Assembly (NCBI GenBank): GCA_030390025.1
Contig: CM059431.1
Location: forward strand, 101,372,001-101,436,000
Direction: 5' to 3'
From: Squalus acanthias
Lineage: Eukaryota
DNA: 64,000 nt
In this document: piece after piece, positions 37,592 to 50,410 of the stretch
Layout: each line of letters begins with the position of its first letter
Position numbering within the stretch: position 1 is the stretch's first letter
Notes under the pieces: generated by a model
Databases searched by the model: none
Seen by the model: only the letters and a program-made list of their open reading frames with translations
Told to the model about the DNA's origin: nothing
Position numbers and translations under genes: made by a program

Positions 37592-38347
37592 GGCCCGGAA
37601 TTTGCAGTCAGCGGCGAAGCAAAGGCGCTCGCCACCGGCCCCGAAGACAGCTTCCCAGAAAGATCTCGCGATCTCTCTGTGGCGAGAAGTTTGGGTTTCC
37701 CGACGTTCAGTTGAGATCAGTGTATGCTAATGGGGAATCCCTAACGCTAGCTGCTGCGACGTCAACAAGCTGTCTAAGCAGCCAATCACACTGCAGAATT
37801 CTCATAGACTGAGAACGAGGAAGTGAGCGAGCTCCTTTTAATTCTAACTTTTGAAAAATGTTGGAGAGAGCAAAACAAAGATTGGGGCTCTCACAGGGTG
37901 TAAAGGTAAACCTGAAATAAATATGAACAATTAAAAAAATGTTGTTAAAGTTTCTTAAAAAATTGTAATTTTTATTAAAATGTATAAATTTGACACTCCA
38001 CAAAATTAAAATTAGTCTTTCGAGGGCCATAACGTTTGTTTAGCCATCAATACGCTGTTAAAACCCCAGTTACACCTATTCCAACAAGGTCTAACTTTTA
38101 ATGGGGTATTTCACAGCGATACTAGCGTGGAAAAGCTCAAGTCTTCATCAGTTTCACTGATTGCTGGCTATTGGTGGGGGAAGGGGGGGGGGGCGCGGCA
38201 CGACGCAGCTAGTGTCAGAGCAGGGAACGACTGACCGCAACATTAGGATGTGCGTGCACAAAACCCTGACGTTGCGATCAGTTTCAAAGTTGTAATAACA
38301 GGGAACGCTGTTCGGTCGCTGTTATTACCCACCGCAAATTCCAGGCC
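37592..38347. mobile_element. MITE (probably Harbinger-type), copy B, inverted relative to copy A
   Basis: TIR GGCCCGGAATTTGC / GCAAATTCCAGGCC; flanks act/att. Confidence 0.75.
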
Positions 38348-39022
38348 ATTGTGCTCAGTGGTTTTAGTGACCTGTCCCCGAACACCCTAAAGATCTCTCT
38401 GCTGCAAGGAACTCTCAAGTACCTTCCTACTCACCACATAATCCACATCAATCTTCCTTCTGCCAAACCTCATCATTTATATTTCCTTGTATTAAACTGC
38501 TTTTGCACATGCATGAACAACACCTTGCATTGACACAGCGCCTTTAACGTAGTAAAACGTCCCAAGGCGCTTCACAGGAGCGTTAACAGACAAAATTTGT
38601 CACTGAGCCACATAAGGAGATATGAGGACAGGTGACTAAAAGCTTGGTCAAAGAGGGAGGTTTTAAGGAGCGTTTTAAAGGAGGAGAGAGGTAGCAAGGC
38701 AGAGAGGATATGGGGTCAGAAGCTCAGCTCAGGGTCAAAGAGGACGGCAAGTTTGCAAACGGTCTGGTTCAGCCTCAGACAGTGGCCAGAACAAGTGCAG
38801 TAAACGATCAGAATTAAACAGGACAGAGCTTCCCCCAGTGTGTCAGCAAGCTTATCAACTGAGTAGCTGAGCCATACATCAGAGGACAGATTCTGCACCG
38901 AGATTGCTGGCCTCATCCAGCGCACTGTTGCAGAGACTAAAATTGGCTTGTCAGAGTTAAGAGAAAAAAAAGATATAAATCAGCCACGATTTCCAGTCCT
39001 GATTGCTGTCCAATGACTCAAT

Positions 39023-39763
39023 GGCCCAGAAATTGATCTCGTTCTGTTCCCGCGGGGGTAAGGCTTCCCCGCGATCTCTCACTCCGCTTGTGCTTTTTCA
39101 GATCCAGCTCGCACGAACTTGATGTTCCAGACATCAGCTGGGCAGTGCTTGCGTATCCCACCGGCGTAGTGAATTCGTGCGAGCTGTGGGATCACGTGAC
39201 TCAGTTAGAGCCAATGGCAGCACACCATCTTCCATTCATAAGTTTCACATACGTGCTGTGAAATCTATGAATCTTACACCCCCCCAAAATAACAGCTAAA
39301 CCTCGATTAAATAAAAAAAAACCATCACATTAATAAAATAAGTATAGTTAAATAAATTAACCATTTTAAATAAAAAATTAAATTTTTGAAAAAATTTAAA
39401 ATCTTTTAAAAAGTTATAAAAATAAACTTACCTGTCTTTAAAGTCTCTAAAAAAGATATACCTGTTAAAAAAAATTCAAAAAAATACTTAATTCACTACT
39501 TACCTTGTTAAAAGTGGGTCTTACTCCTCCTTTTTCCATTTCTAAAATCTTCCGTACTTACCTGCGCGTCCAAAGCATGAAGTGCACAGCGTGCGCGCAG
39601 CCTGTAGCGCGCACGCGATGCACCGAGGAACCGCCCCCTTTTCAAAAGACCAAGTGCCGGTTTTCAGCGCATGCGCAGGGCATGCAGAAAACCGGCAATT
39701 GGAGTGGGAATACGCGAGAGTACGCAGTACGTACTCTCGCGTCGCGGGATGAATTTTTGGCCC
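39023..39763. mobile_element. Older MITE-like element
   Basis: Imperfect TIR GGCCCAGAAATT / AATTTTTGGCCC; CpG-rich ends with an AT-rich core; flanks aat/att. Confidence 0.55.
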
Positions 39764-42700
39764 ATTGACTCTGTGCTCGAAGTCCACATCAGTCCATTAG
39801 GCAAGGACAGAATTGCTCTCAGCTGTAATTGATCTCCCATTGTTGATTGGTTTGCTGACATTTACTGTCTCATCCTCTCCGCCTCTTCACCTCTCTCTCT
39901 TCCTTTAAGACGCTCATTAAAACCTACCTCTTTGGCCAAACATTTGGCCACCTGTCCTAATATCTCATGTGGCTCCGTCTCAAATTTTGCCTGATAATCG
40001 CTCCTGTGAAGCACCTTGGGACGTTTTACCACGTTAAAGGCGCTATACAAATGCAAGTGGTTGATGTTGCTTTGTCAAAGGATTCATTCAACTACTGGGA
40101 AACAACCTGCCGCAAATTTGCAATCCTTTCCGCAACACGTATGGTCAGTTCTCGATCAAGCGAGATCAATCCTGTAAACAGAGAAACCTGTGTGGCTTGG
40201 CAATTAGCCTTTGACTGGATAGCAAGAATACAGTAACTTTTCAGGTGAGCTTGACCAAACCATTCAATCCAATGGTCAGTCATCATCATTCAATCAGTCC
40301 TTCGTTGAGGCAAAGAAGATTTCACAACACAAGGGTGGCAATGGAAGGAAACTGAATAACGCAATTCCAGGGAAGATTCACAGGTAAGGCAAGCGAGTTT
40401 GCACAACACAATATGCCATGGCAAATCTTGCAAATTTCTATGCGTACCCCAAGTAGTGCAATTTGCTGTCCGAGCATGGTCATTTTGCATAAAATGTCCC
40501 AAAGTCAGTACAAATTCCATTTCCAGAATATACTGAGTGATAACAATTCGCCTGCACTGCTCAATGTACAGACCTATGAAAAATTCTGAAATTACACCAA
40601 TTCATAATTAATAACTCAACCAAGGTGATTATTTTGTTACTCAACCATTACATTGATTATGGTTAAGTCTATGAAACTATTCAGACACATAAAACACCGT
40701 AAACGTATTATCCTTTCCTAGTTAAATAAGAACATAAGAAATAGGAGCCCTTTGAGCCTGCTCCGCCATTCAATAAAATCATGGCTGATCTTATACCTCA
40801 ACTCCACATTCCCGCACTATCCCCATATCCCTTGAGTCTCTCAGAAGCCAAAACTCTATCGATCTTGAATATACTGCCTTGAGCATCCACAGCCCTCTGG
40901 GGTAGAAAATTCCAAAGATTCACAACCCTCTGAGTGAAGAAATTCCTCCTCATCTCAGTCCTAAATGGCCGACCCCTTATCCTGAGACTATGACCCCTAG
41001 TTTAGTATTTTACATAGTAATGTGTTAATGTCATGCTGAATAAAATCCACTTTATTTGGATAAAATTTTTCTGATAATACGCATAGTTGTAATCCACTTT
41101 CCCGAGCAAGCTACAAAAAAAATGAAAATCTATTTCAGTACCTGTTTTTTCTGAGTCCATATAAATCACTAAGTTACTTTCATTTTTGAACCTTACTGCA
41201 ATTGCAAACCTTTACAACATTGCTGGACCACTGAAAATAAGCAAATGCAACAGAGTGCCCGAATACTTACAAGTTCTGTAGTTTAATAAGCAGGCATGTA
41301 CAATTAGTAATGGAATTACATAGAATTTTACAGCACAGAAACAGGCATTTGGCCCAAAAGATCTATGCCAGTGTTTATGCTCCTCACGAGCCTCCTGTCA
41401 CCCCTCTTCAACTCACCCTATCAGCATATCCTTCTATTCCTTTCTCCCTCATGTGTTTATCCAGCTTCCCCTTAAATCCATCGACGCTATTCACCTCAAC
41501 CACTCCCTGTGGTAGCGAGTTCCACATTCTCACCACTCTCTGGGTGAAGATGTTTCTCCTGAATTCCTTGTTGGGATTTATTAGTGACTGTCTTATATTT
41601 ATGGCCCCTAGTTTTGGACTCTCCCACAAGTGGAAACATCTCCACATCTACCCCATCAATCCCTTTCATAATCTTAAAGACCTCTATCAGGTAAGTAATT
41701 ACTTAAAAAAATTTAAACCAACAGCTTAATTTCTTTTTATATAACAACTTGCATTTATATAGCGCCTTTAACGTAGTAAAACGTCCCAAGGCGCTTCACA
41801 GGAGCATTAGCAGAAAAAATGAGTTACATAAGGAGATATTCGGACAGGTGACCAAAAGGTATTTAGTCAGCAAGCTAAAAGGTTTCCAACGGTTTCACGG
41901 CCAATATAAAATCATCTCATCAATAAAAATTAAAGCTTACTCGACTGAAGATGTCTTCTTGTAGTTTGTAGTTCAATTAAGAAAACTAACTTTATTCACA
42001 AAAAAAAAATAAAAGTTTATAGCCCAAATTCCTGTGGATTGCCAATATTGCAGGAAAATACCTCGAAGTGAAAGACACCTTGTATAACTAATATTAAATC
42101 AAATTTATTTTCGGTACGATATATGCAAGCCTTCGCATTTAAAAAAAAAGTCAGTGACTTTTTAACGTAATTATGATCTTCTACGCTCATCAATGCGTTG
42201 ATTCTGGCTGTAATTTAGTTGCAGGGTTGCTGACGCTCCTCTTTTACTTCACACAAAGAGCCACTCCAGTGTAAGCTTTGATAGTCAATGTCAGCAAGCT
42301 GTATAGTCCGTGCGTATCCATGTATTAGCAACAAGCAGAGCTGTTAGTATAAGATGACTGATGTGTACCATATAAACATGTCTTTACACAGACCACTGCC
42401 AATCACGTATTTCAAATCCAGCAGGGGGCGCTCTTGGATTTCTCAGTGAACAATAGTTATGCATCATTAACAATGCATAATATCTCTGAAGACAAGAATT
42501 TTGAAGGAAATAGTTAAACCACGTTAAAATGTGAATAATATTTTGCGTGCAGAACACACTTGATAATGTCTGGTATGAACTGGAAGGAATACGAAACCCA
42601 CAGAAATGTATAAATATCTTCCGACAGTCTACCCCTTCCATTGGCACAGGTCTGCTCCTATTCATTCAAAGTCAATTTTTGCTCAAAATGTTTTTGAATC

Positions 42701-44021
42701 ATCCAGTTATTCAAATTAAGCAATTTAAATAAAACAGCACAGGAGGCTTAATTAACAGATCATTCAAACTACACAACAATTAAGAGTAGACTGTACACAC
42801 TATCTTCAGGAGCGTTGACACCCTCCTACTCAAACGCATATATCTCTCAGATTACTGAAGGATTTCTCTAGGGACATACTCGATCCAAAATTTCCACTGC
42901 AAAGTTCCTGACCAAATCCATGTTATACCTTGATTTAGAAAATCCTGGCTTTAGCTGAAAAACAGCACAGTTCGTCTTTAAAAGTTCAATTGATTGGTTT
43001 AGTCAAAATTATTCACCAACAGAACTGAAAAGGAGAGAGAAAAAAGAGAAAAGAGAGATGAGATGAGATGAAGGGAGGAAGAAAAGGAAAGACAGAAAGG
43101 CTTGCAATTATACAGCGCCTTTCACGACCTCAGGACATCCCAAAGCGCTTTGCAGCCAATGAAGTCTCTGGAGTGGGACTTGAATACTTGCATTGATACT
43201 ATAAGTGGCATATTTCTGAGCTTAGGTAATTGCTAAAGTTTAAGCTAAGTAAGCTCTACCCTATTTCTGTCCTTGCTATACCTGCTCTGGGAATATGCTT
43301 GACGTTGACAATAGACAGTGGTTCAAAAAAGATAAAAACTTACATTTAGATAGCGGCTTCCATGACCACCAGACGTCTCAAGGCGCTTTACAGCCAATGA
43401 AGTACTTTTGAAGTGCAGTCACTGTTGTAATGTAGGAAACGCGGCAGCCAATATGCACACAGCAAGCTCTCAGAAACAGCAATGTGATGATGACCACATA
43501 ACCTGTTTTTGTTATGTTGATTGAGGGATAAATATTGGCCCAGGACACCAGGGATAACTCCCCTGCTCTTCTTCGAAATAGTGGCCGTGGGATCTTTTAC
43601 GTCCACCTGAGAGAGCAGACGGGCCCTCGGTTTAATGTCTCATCTGAAAGACGGCACCTCCGACAGTGCAGCACTGCCTCAGCACTGCACTGGAGCGTCA
43701 GATTATATTTTTGTGCTCAAGTCTCTGGAGTGGGACTTGAACCCACAACCTTCTGACTCGAGGCGAGTGTGCTGCCCACTGAGCCACGGCTGACATCTTA
43801 AAGTTAAACACCTCCATTATCATTCACAAAAATATGCAAACACTAAGTCATAGATATTATTAGAAAAATTAACCCTATATCCTTAACTGCAAAAACAATT
43901 ACAATTGCATAATTGAGAGTCAAGCATGGGCAGAACAAGGGATTGTTGACTAGTACAATATGATGGTCATATGGGAAAGCAAACAAGCTGCAGAGCTCAG
44001 TGTTTCCCAAGGTGAGAAGGT

Positions 44022-44520
44022 CAGTGCTGAGGGAGCGCTGCAATGTCGGAGGGGCAGTACTGAGGGAGCGCTGCAATGTCGGCGGGGCAGTACTGAGGGA
44101 GCGCTGCAATGTCGGAGGGGCAGTACTGAGGGAGCGCTGCAATGTCGGAGGGGCAGTACTGAGGGAGCGCTGCACTGTCGGAGGGGCAGTACTGAGGGAG
44201 CGCTGCACTGTCGGAGGGGCTGTACTGAGGGAGCGCTGCACTGTCGGAAGGGCAGTACTGAGGGAGCGCTGCAATGTCAGCGGGGCAGTACTGAGGGAGC
44301 GCTGTGCTGTCAGAGGGGCAGTACTGATGGAGCACGGCACTGTCGGAGGGGCAGTACTGAGGGAGCGCTGCACTGTCGGAGGGGCAGGACTGAGGGAGCG
44401 CTGCAATGTCGACGGGGCAGTACTGAGGGAGCGCTGCACTGTCGGAGGGGCAGTATTGAGGGAGCGCTGCACTGTCGGAGGGGCAGTATTGAGGGAGCGC
44501 CGCACTGTCAGAGGGGCCGT
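44022..44520. repeat. Minisatellite, ~15 copies of a 33-bp unit derived from the Deu-SINE core
   Basis: Unit gggagcgctgcactgtcggaggggcagtactga; runs directly into SINE sequence gccgtctttcggatgagac. Confidence 0.92.
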
Positions 44521-44536
44521 CTTTCGGATGAGACAT

Positions 44537-45123
44537 TGTAAGCAAAGTGGTTTCGCATTTTTCCTTTTAGAATAAAGCTTTCTATATAAATATTGCAGTT
44601 TAATTAAGCAACCAAATGATTGGAACCTTGTGTAGTCAAGCATGTCCTTGGAGCATTCGAAGTAAAGGAGACATTCTGGTTATCTTATGGTATTAGGGAG
44701 GCTCGACAGACTGTGTGTGTTGGCTCGGATAAGGTAATAGTACAGATGGTTGCTAGGCGAAAGATAAAGAATATTATGAATGGGAGGCCTCCCAGGGCAC
44801 AAGGATCATTAGGACGAAGGGTGTGTTTTAATGTATATAAGCCTGGACTTGAAGCACAGATGTGAAAACGTTCTCGGAGCAAACCTGGACATGCTCAAGT
44901 GCTAGCAAGGCCATTCGAGATCGATCATCTCGAAACCTTGTAGATATTAACCAGTTGTATCTTTCTATAACTGACAATGCTATAAGTATAACTGTTGCAT
45001 TTTAACTTCTTTATTTCTTGAATTGTAGCTTCTTTTGTAGCTGTAATAAACACAGATACTTTGGAACAAGGGCCCCTCTAGTCTCAGAGTATCACAGACC
45101 AAATCTAATATCACTCACTTACA
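44537..45123 (+). mobile_element. Solo LTR (587 bp) inserted in a Deu-SINE
   Basis: TGTAAG...CTTACA termini; TATATAA at 44834; AATAAA at 45045; 5-bp flanks gacat/gatgt, both derivable from the SINE's GACGT. Confidence 0.75.
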
Positions 45124-45196
45124 GATGTTTAACTGTCTGCCTTCTCAGGTGGAGATGAAAGATCCCATGGCACTACTTCGAAGAAGAGCAGGGGAA

Positions 45197-46265
45197 TATA
45201 TATTAATGACCTAGACTTGGGCATAGGGGGCATAATTTCAAAGTTTGCAGATGAAACAAAGCTTGGAAATGTAGTGAACAGTGAGGAGAATAGCAGCAGA
45301 CTGCAGGAGGACATAGACAGACTGCTGAAATGGGCAGACACACGGCAGATGAAATTTAATGCCGAGATGTGTGAAGTGTCACATTTTGGAAGGAAGAATG
45401 AGGAGAGGCAATCTGAACACTAAATGGTACAATTTTAAAGGGGGTGCAGGAAGAGAGACCTGGGGGTTCACATACACAAATCTTTGAAGGTGGCAGGACA
45501 TGTTGAGAAGGCTGTTAAAACAAGCATATGGGATATCCTTGGCTTTGTAAAGAGACCATGATGTGGAGATGCCGGTGTTGGACTGGGGTGGACAAAAGTG
45601 AGAAGTCGCACAACACCAGGTTATAGTCCAACAGTTTTATTTGAAATCACAAGCTTTCGGAGCTGCTGCCCCTTCGTCAGGTGACCTGACGAAGGAGCAG
45701 CCGCTCCGAAAGCTCGTGATTTCAAATAAAACTGTTGGACTATAACCTGGTGTTGTGCGACTTCTCACTTTTGTAAAGAGAAGCAGAGAGTACAAAAGCA
45801 AGGGAGTTATGCTGAACCTTTACAAATCACTGGTTATGCCTGAGCTGGAGTATTGTGTCCAATTCTGGGCACCGCACTTTAGGAAGGCCTTGGCGAGGCT
45901 GCAGAGGAGATTTACTACACTGATACCAGGGACTTCAGTTATGTGGAGCGATTAGAGAAGCTGGGATTGTTCTCCTTAGCGCAGAGAAGTTTAAGGGAAA
46001 ACTGGCAAAAAAGCCAGGGGGCGGGTGAGGAGAACATTTTTTATGCAGCGAGTTGTTGTGATCTGGAACGCGCTGCCTGAAAGGGCGGTGGAAGCAGATT
46101 CAATAGTAACTTTCAAAAGGGAATTGGATAAATACTTGAAAAGGAAATATTTGCATGACTGTGGGGAAAGAGCGGACGGAGTGGGACTAATTGGATAGCA
46201 CATTCAAAGAGCTGGCACAGGCACGATGGGCAGAATGGTCTCCTTCTGTGCTGTATGATTCTATA
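45197..46265 (+). mobile_element. Degraded CR1 3' part interrupted by a Penelope palindrome
   Basis: ISKFADETKLG, ELEYCVQFWAP peptides. Confidence 0.8.
45556..45769. mobile_element. Palindromic Penelope pLTR insertion
   Basis: Inverted arms centred on 45683; 12-bp TSD tttgtaaagaga (45544-55, 45770-81). Confidence 0.88.
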
Positions 46266-46284
46266 ATGTTCACCCCTCCCAAAG

Positions 46285-47940
46285 ATGTCACAAAACACCT
46301 TCAGCCAGAAGTGCCGAGTGGATGATCCATCTCAGCCTACTCCTGAGGTCCCCACCATCACAGAAGCCAGTCTTCAGCAAATTCGATTCACTCCACGTCA
46401 TATCAAGAAATGGTTGATCGCACTGGATGCAGCAAAGGCTATGGCCCCTGACAACATCCTGGCTGTAGTGCTGAAGACTTGTGCTCCAGAACTAGCCGCA
46501 CCTCTAGCCAAGCTGTTCCAGTACAGCTATAACACTGGCATCTACCCGACAAAGTGCAAAATTGCCCAGGTATGTCCTGTCCATAAAAAGCAGAACAAAT
46601 CCAACTTGGCTAATTACCATCTTATCAGCCTACTACTCTCAATCATCAGCAAAGTAATGGAAGGTGTCATCAACAGTGCTATCAAGCGGCACTTACTCAC
46701 CAATAACCTGCTCACTGATGCTCAGTTTGGGTTCCGCCAGGACCACTCGGCTCCAGAACTCATTAGAGCCTTGGTCCAAGCATGGACAAAAGAGCTGAAT
46801 TCCAGAGGTGAGGTGAGAGTGACTGCCCTTGACATCAAGGCAGCATTTGACCGAGTGTGGCATCAAGGAGCCCCAGCAAAATTGAAGTCAATGGCAATCG
46901 GGGGAAATCTCTCCACTGGCTGGAGTCATACCCAGCACAAAGGAAGATGGTTGTGGTTGTTTGAGGTCAATCATCTCAGCCCAGGACATCGCTGCAGGAG
47001 TTCCTCAGGGCAGTATCCTAGGTCCAACCGTCTTCAGCTGCTTCATCAATGACCTTCCCTCCATCATAAGGTCAGTAGTGGGGATATTCGCTAATGATTG
47101 CACAGTGTTCAGTTCCATTTGCAACTCCTCAGATAATGAAGCAGTCCATGCCCGCATGCAGCAAGACCTGGACAACATCCAGGCTTGGATTGATAAGTGG
47201 CAAGTAACATTCACACCACACAAGTGCCAGGCAATGACCAATTTCAACAAGGGAAAGTCTAACCACTGCCCCATGACATTCAATGGCATTGCCATCTTCG
47301 AATCCCCCACCATCAACATCCTGGTCATCATTGACCAGAAACTTAACTGGACCAGCCACATAAATACTGTGGCTAAAACAAGTCAGAGGCTTGGTATTCT
47401 GTGGCAAGTGACTCACTTCCTGACTCCACAAGGCCTTTCCACCATCTACAGGCACAAGTAAGGAGTGTGATGGAATACTCTCCACTTGCCTGGATGAGTG
47501 CAGCTCCAACAACACTCAAGAAGCTCGACACCATCCAGGACAAAGCAGCCCACTCGATCAGCACCCCATCCACCACCTTAAACATTCACTCCCTTCACCA
47601 CCGGCCCACCATGGCTGCAGTGTGTACCATCTACAAGATGCACTGCAGCAACTCGCCAAGGCTTCTTCGACAGCACCTCCCAAACCCGCAGCCTCTACCA
47701 CCTAGAAGGACAAGGGCAGCAGACGCATGGGAACACCACCACCTCCAAGTCACACACCATCCTGACTTGGAAATATATCGGCCGTTTCTTCATCGTCGCT
47801 GGGTCAAAATCCTGGAACTCCCTCCCTAACAGCACTGTAGGAGCACCTTCACCACACGGACTGCAGCGGTTCAAGAAGGCAGCTCACCACCACCTTCTCA
47901 AGGGCAATTAGGGATGGGCAATAAATGCTGGCCTTGCCCA
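46285..47940 (+). mobile_element. Non-LTR retrotransposon RT + 3' end (CR1/Jockey-group family distinct from canonical CR1)
   Basis: APELAAPLAKLFQ, QFGFRQ, ALDIKAAFDRVWH, GVPQGSILGP, FAND, MEYSPLAW. Its 3' end recurs at 20405-20750, 20779-21060, 33920-34800(-), 35960-36330, 56485-56765(-), 62040-62400. Confidence 0.85.
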
Positions 47941-49079
47941 AGGATAAAGAAAGAAAGAAACTGAACTTGTACCCTATCAATTCATCCCGCATTAATCTGG
48001 GAATCCAGCATGCTGCATCTCCTGTCATAGTAATTACAACGCGAACAACATTTATTTAATAGTGTTTTACAGTTTCAAAGTAAATACATAATTCCTTCTT
48101 TTTGGATATCAGTGTCACAGATGAAGAAACCAGAATTGAAAGAAACACTTCCGTCTTTAATACTTATGCTGCTGCACAAACCCCAAGAAGTCAAAGTTCC
48201 TGCACCAGGCTTCAATAACCACTGAAGCTTCATAACGAGTTACCTCGCCTGCGAACATTAATTCTGAAACCCTAACAATCTAGTCTCAATGGCCAAAGTT
48301 AAACACAACAGAAGTGAACAGAACTCCCAGAACGTGACTAATGTTCGGGTGGGATTCATTAACTTGTCACCTAATAAATAGCGATGGGAAAATTTTAGTT
48401 TTGTAAGCTTTTATGTAGTCGTATCTATTTAAATTATTCTAACACGGCCTGTGGTAGAAAATTACCTAAATGTCTCAAGAGTTATCGGCTATTGTGTCTG
48501 TGTGGAAATTGAAATGCAGTATGTTCCTATTAAGCACATTTCCTGTTGACACTTGACAGTCTGTGGTTTTTTAACCTGCCATTGAAGAATCTTATCTGTA
48601 CGTGTAATCAAGATTTTAACATTTTGAAATAGTATTTTTTTTTCTCTTTTAATTTCCTACCACTTATCACAGAGGAAAACTTCAGTAAGTACATTTCTCC
48701 GATAAATCCTCTGCAATTCAAATTAATATTTCAAAGTTATTATTTCATTGATTCCTTGGGTTGGCGATTACTTTACCTGAAACAAGAAGCAAAACTTTCC
48801 TAAACCAAGCTTGTCTCGCAAGCTCGGCACTTTGATATCATTACAATAACAGCACAAAACAGATACTAAAAACTAAGAGGCGCGCCTGACAAGTGAAAGA
48901 CCTTCGTCAAGCCTAACGTGAGGAGGGCAGTCTGGGCAACTAATTGTGAAAGAAGTTACGCAGGCTCTTAACACGACTGGTGACGAGCTTAATTTAACCA
49001 GTGGTAACACTGCTTCCGCCCCTAACAAATTAATCAATCTGCAAACAGTTGACCGCTATTTTAGAACCCTGTCAAACAG

Positions 49080-49171
49080 CAACGAAAAAAAGGGGAAACA
49101 CATATTTCCTCTACTTGTTCAATCCGACTTCTTCACATTTTGCTGTCTGAAGCAGTCCACTTAAGGTAAGA
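49080..49171 (+). promoter_or_regulatory. Candidate GPR18 promoter / non-coding first exon ending at donor AAG|GTAAGA (49165/49166)
   Basis: Strong donor consensus in a largely repeat-free island (~47960-49550) with ETS-like (aaaaggggaa, atttcctct), RUNX (tgtggttt) and GATA (cttatc) motifs, upstream of the 54655 acceptor. Inference only. Confidence 0.4.
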
Positions 49172-49943
49172 ATATGTCTGAAACATTGCTGTATTTTTTT
49201 TGCGTTGAATCATTTGTTTAGAGATACCCCAAACTGCAGCAATTAGTCAACCCCGGCTTGGGGAACAGAAAATGGTAAGTCGAAAAGATACGGGTTAACA
49301 TTGTGCCTTACTGTAAGGGCCTCAAGTCCCAGAACATCGATTTTCACGAAGTTTTCACTGTGCTATAATAAAGTCCTGGTTTTTAAATCAGACTTTCAAG
49401 AAGCAAATGCCGCATGCTGTAATAGTCAGTTGGAGATAGGCCAATTCGTAAAATGAGCATAAAAGTTAAATATAATCAGTTTACAGTCACTGTTAAGTCT
49501 GTGGTTTGGTCTCTCCCCTGAAATTTCACTTCATCAATTATCCATGCCTCACCAATTAGATTCTAAGAAGAATTGGATAGCTCTTGCAAAGAGCCCGCAC
49601 AGGCACGATGGGCCGAACGGGGCTCCTTCTGTGCTGTATGATTCTATGAAGAACAATGCAGCACTCAAGTTATCTGTGGAAGAGTTTTCATTCTTGCCAG
49701 TGAATGGACTTTCATTTCTTTACTTAGTCTAATCAACAGAACAGCATTGGTATACTGAAGCGGATTGCATACGTGTTAGTGGAACCCAGTGACCAGGCAC
49801 CTCACTGTATTGATCAAGTAACACTACAGAGAATGAATATATATATCTTAAACCAATCTGGTTTACTTGTGGTTGTATTCTTTCAAACATAAAGATTTAT
49901 TTTTTTAAAAACAGGAATACTGTCACACTCTCTAGTTGATTAG

Positions 49944-50410
49944 TGTCAGCTGTGGCTCAATGGGTAGCACACTCGCCTCTGAGCCAGGTTGTGAGTTCAA
50001 GTCCCACTCCCGGGACTTGAGCACATAAAAAGTTAGGCTGACACTCCAGTGCAGTGCTTGAGGGAGTGCTGCACTGTTGAAGGTGCCGTCTTTCAGATGA
50101 GACGTTAAACCGAGGCCCCGTCTGCTCTCTCAAGTGGAAGTAAAAGATCCTATGGCCACTATTTCGAAGAAGAATAGGGGAGTTCTCCCCGGTGTCCTGG
50201 CCAATATTTATCACTCAACCAACATAACAACAACAGATTATCTGGTCATTATCACACTGCTGTTTGTGGGAGCTTGCTGTGCACAAATTGGCTGTCATGT
50301 TTCCCACATTACAACAGTGACTCCACTCCAAAAGTACTTCATTGACTGTAAAGCACTTTGAGACATCCGGTGGTCGTGAAAGGCGCTATATAAATGCAAG
50401 TCTTTCTTTT
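49944..50410 (+). mobile_element. tRNA-derived Deu-domain SINE (SacSINE1-like)
   Basis: A/B-box head (gtggctcaatgg...gttcaagtccc); Deu core gtgctgcactgt..gaggtgccgtctttcagatgagacgttaaaccgagg; L2-like 3' tail. Other copies at ~3945-4165(-), 24595-24900(+), 43340-43795(-), 58515-58900(-), 60110-60545(-), 61199-61625(+). Confidence 0.8.

Noticed and set aside
43843..44643. Long repetitive ORFs (174-266 aa) on both strands
   Set aside because: By-products of a stop-free 33-bp tandem repeat derived from a SINE.
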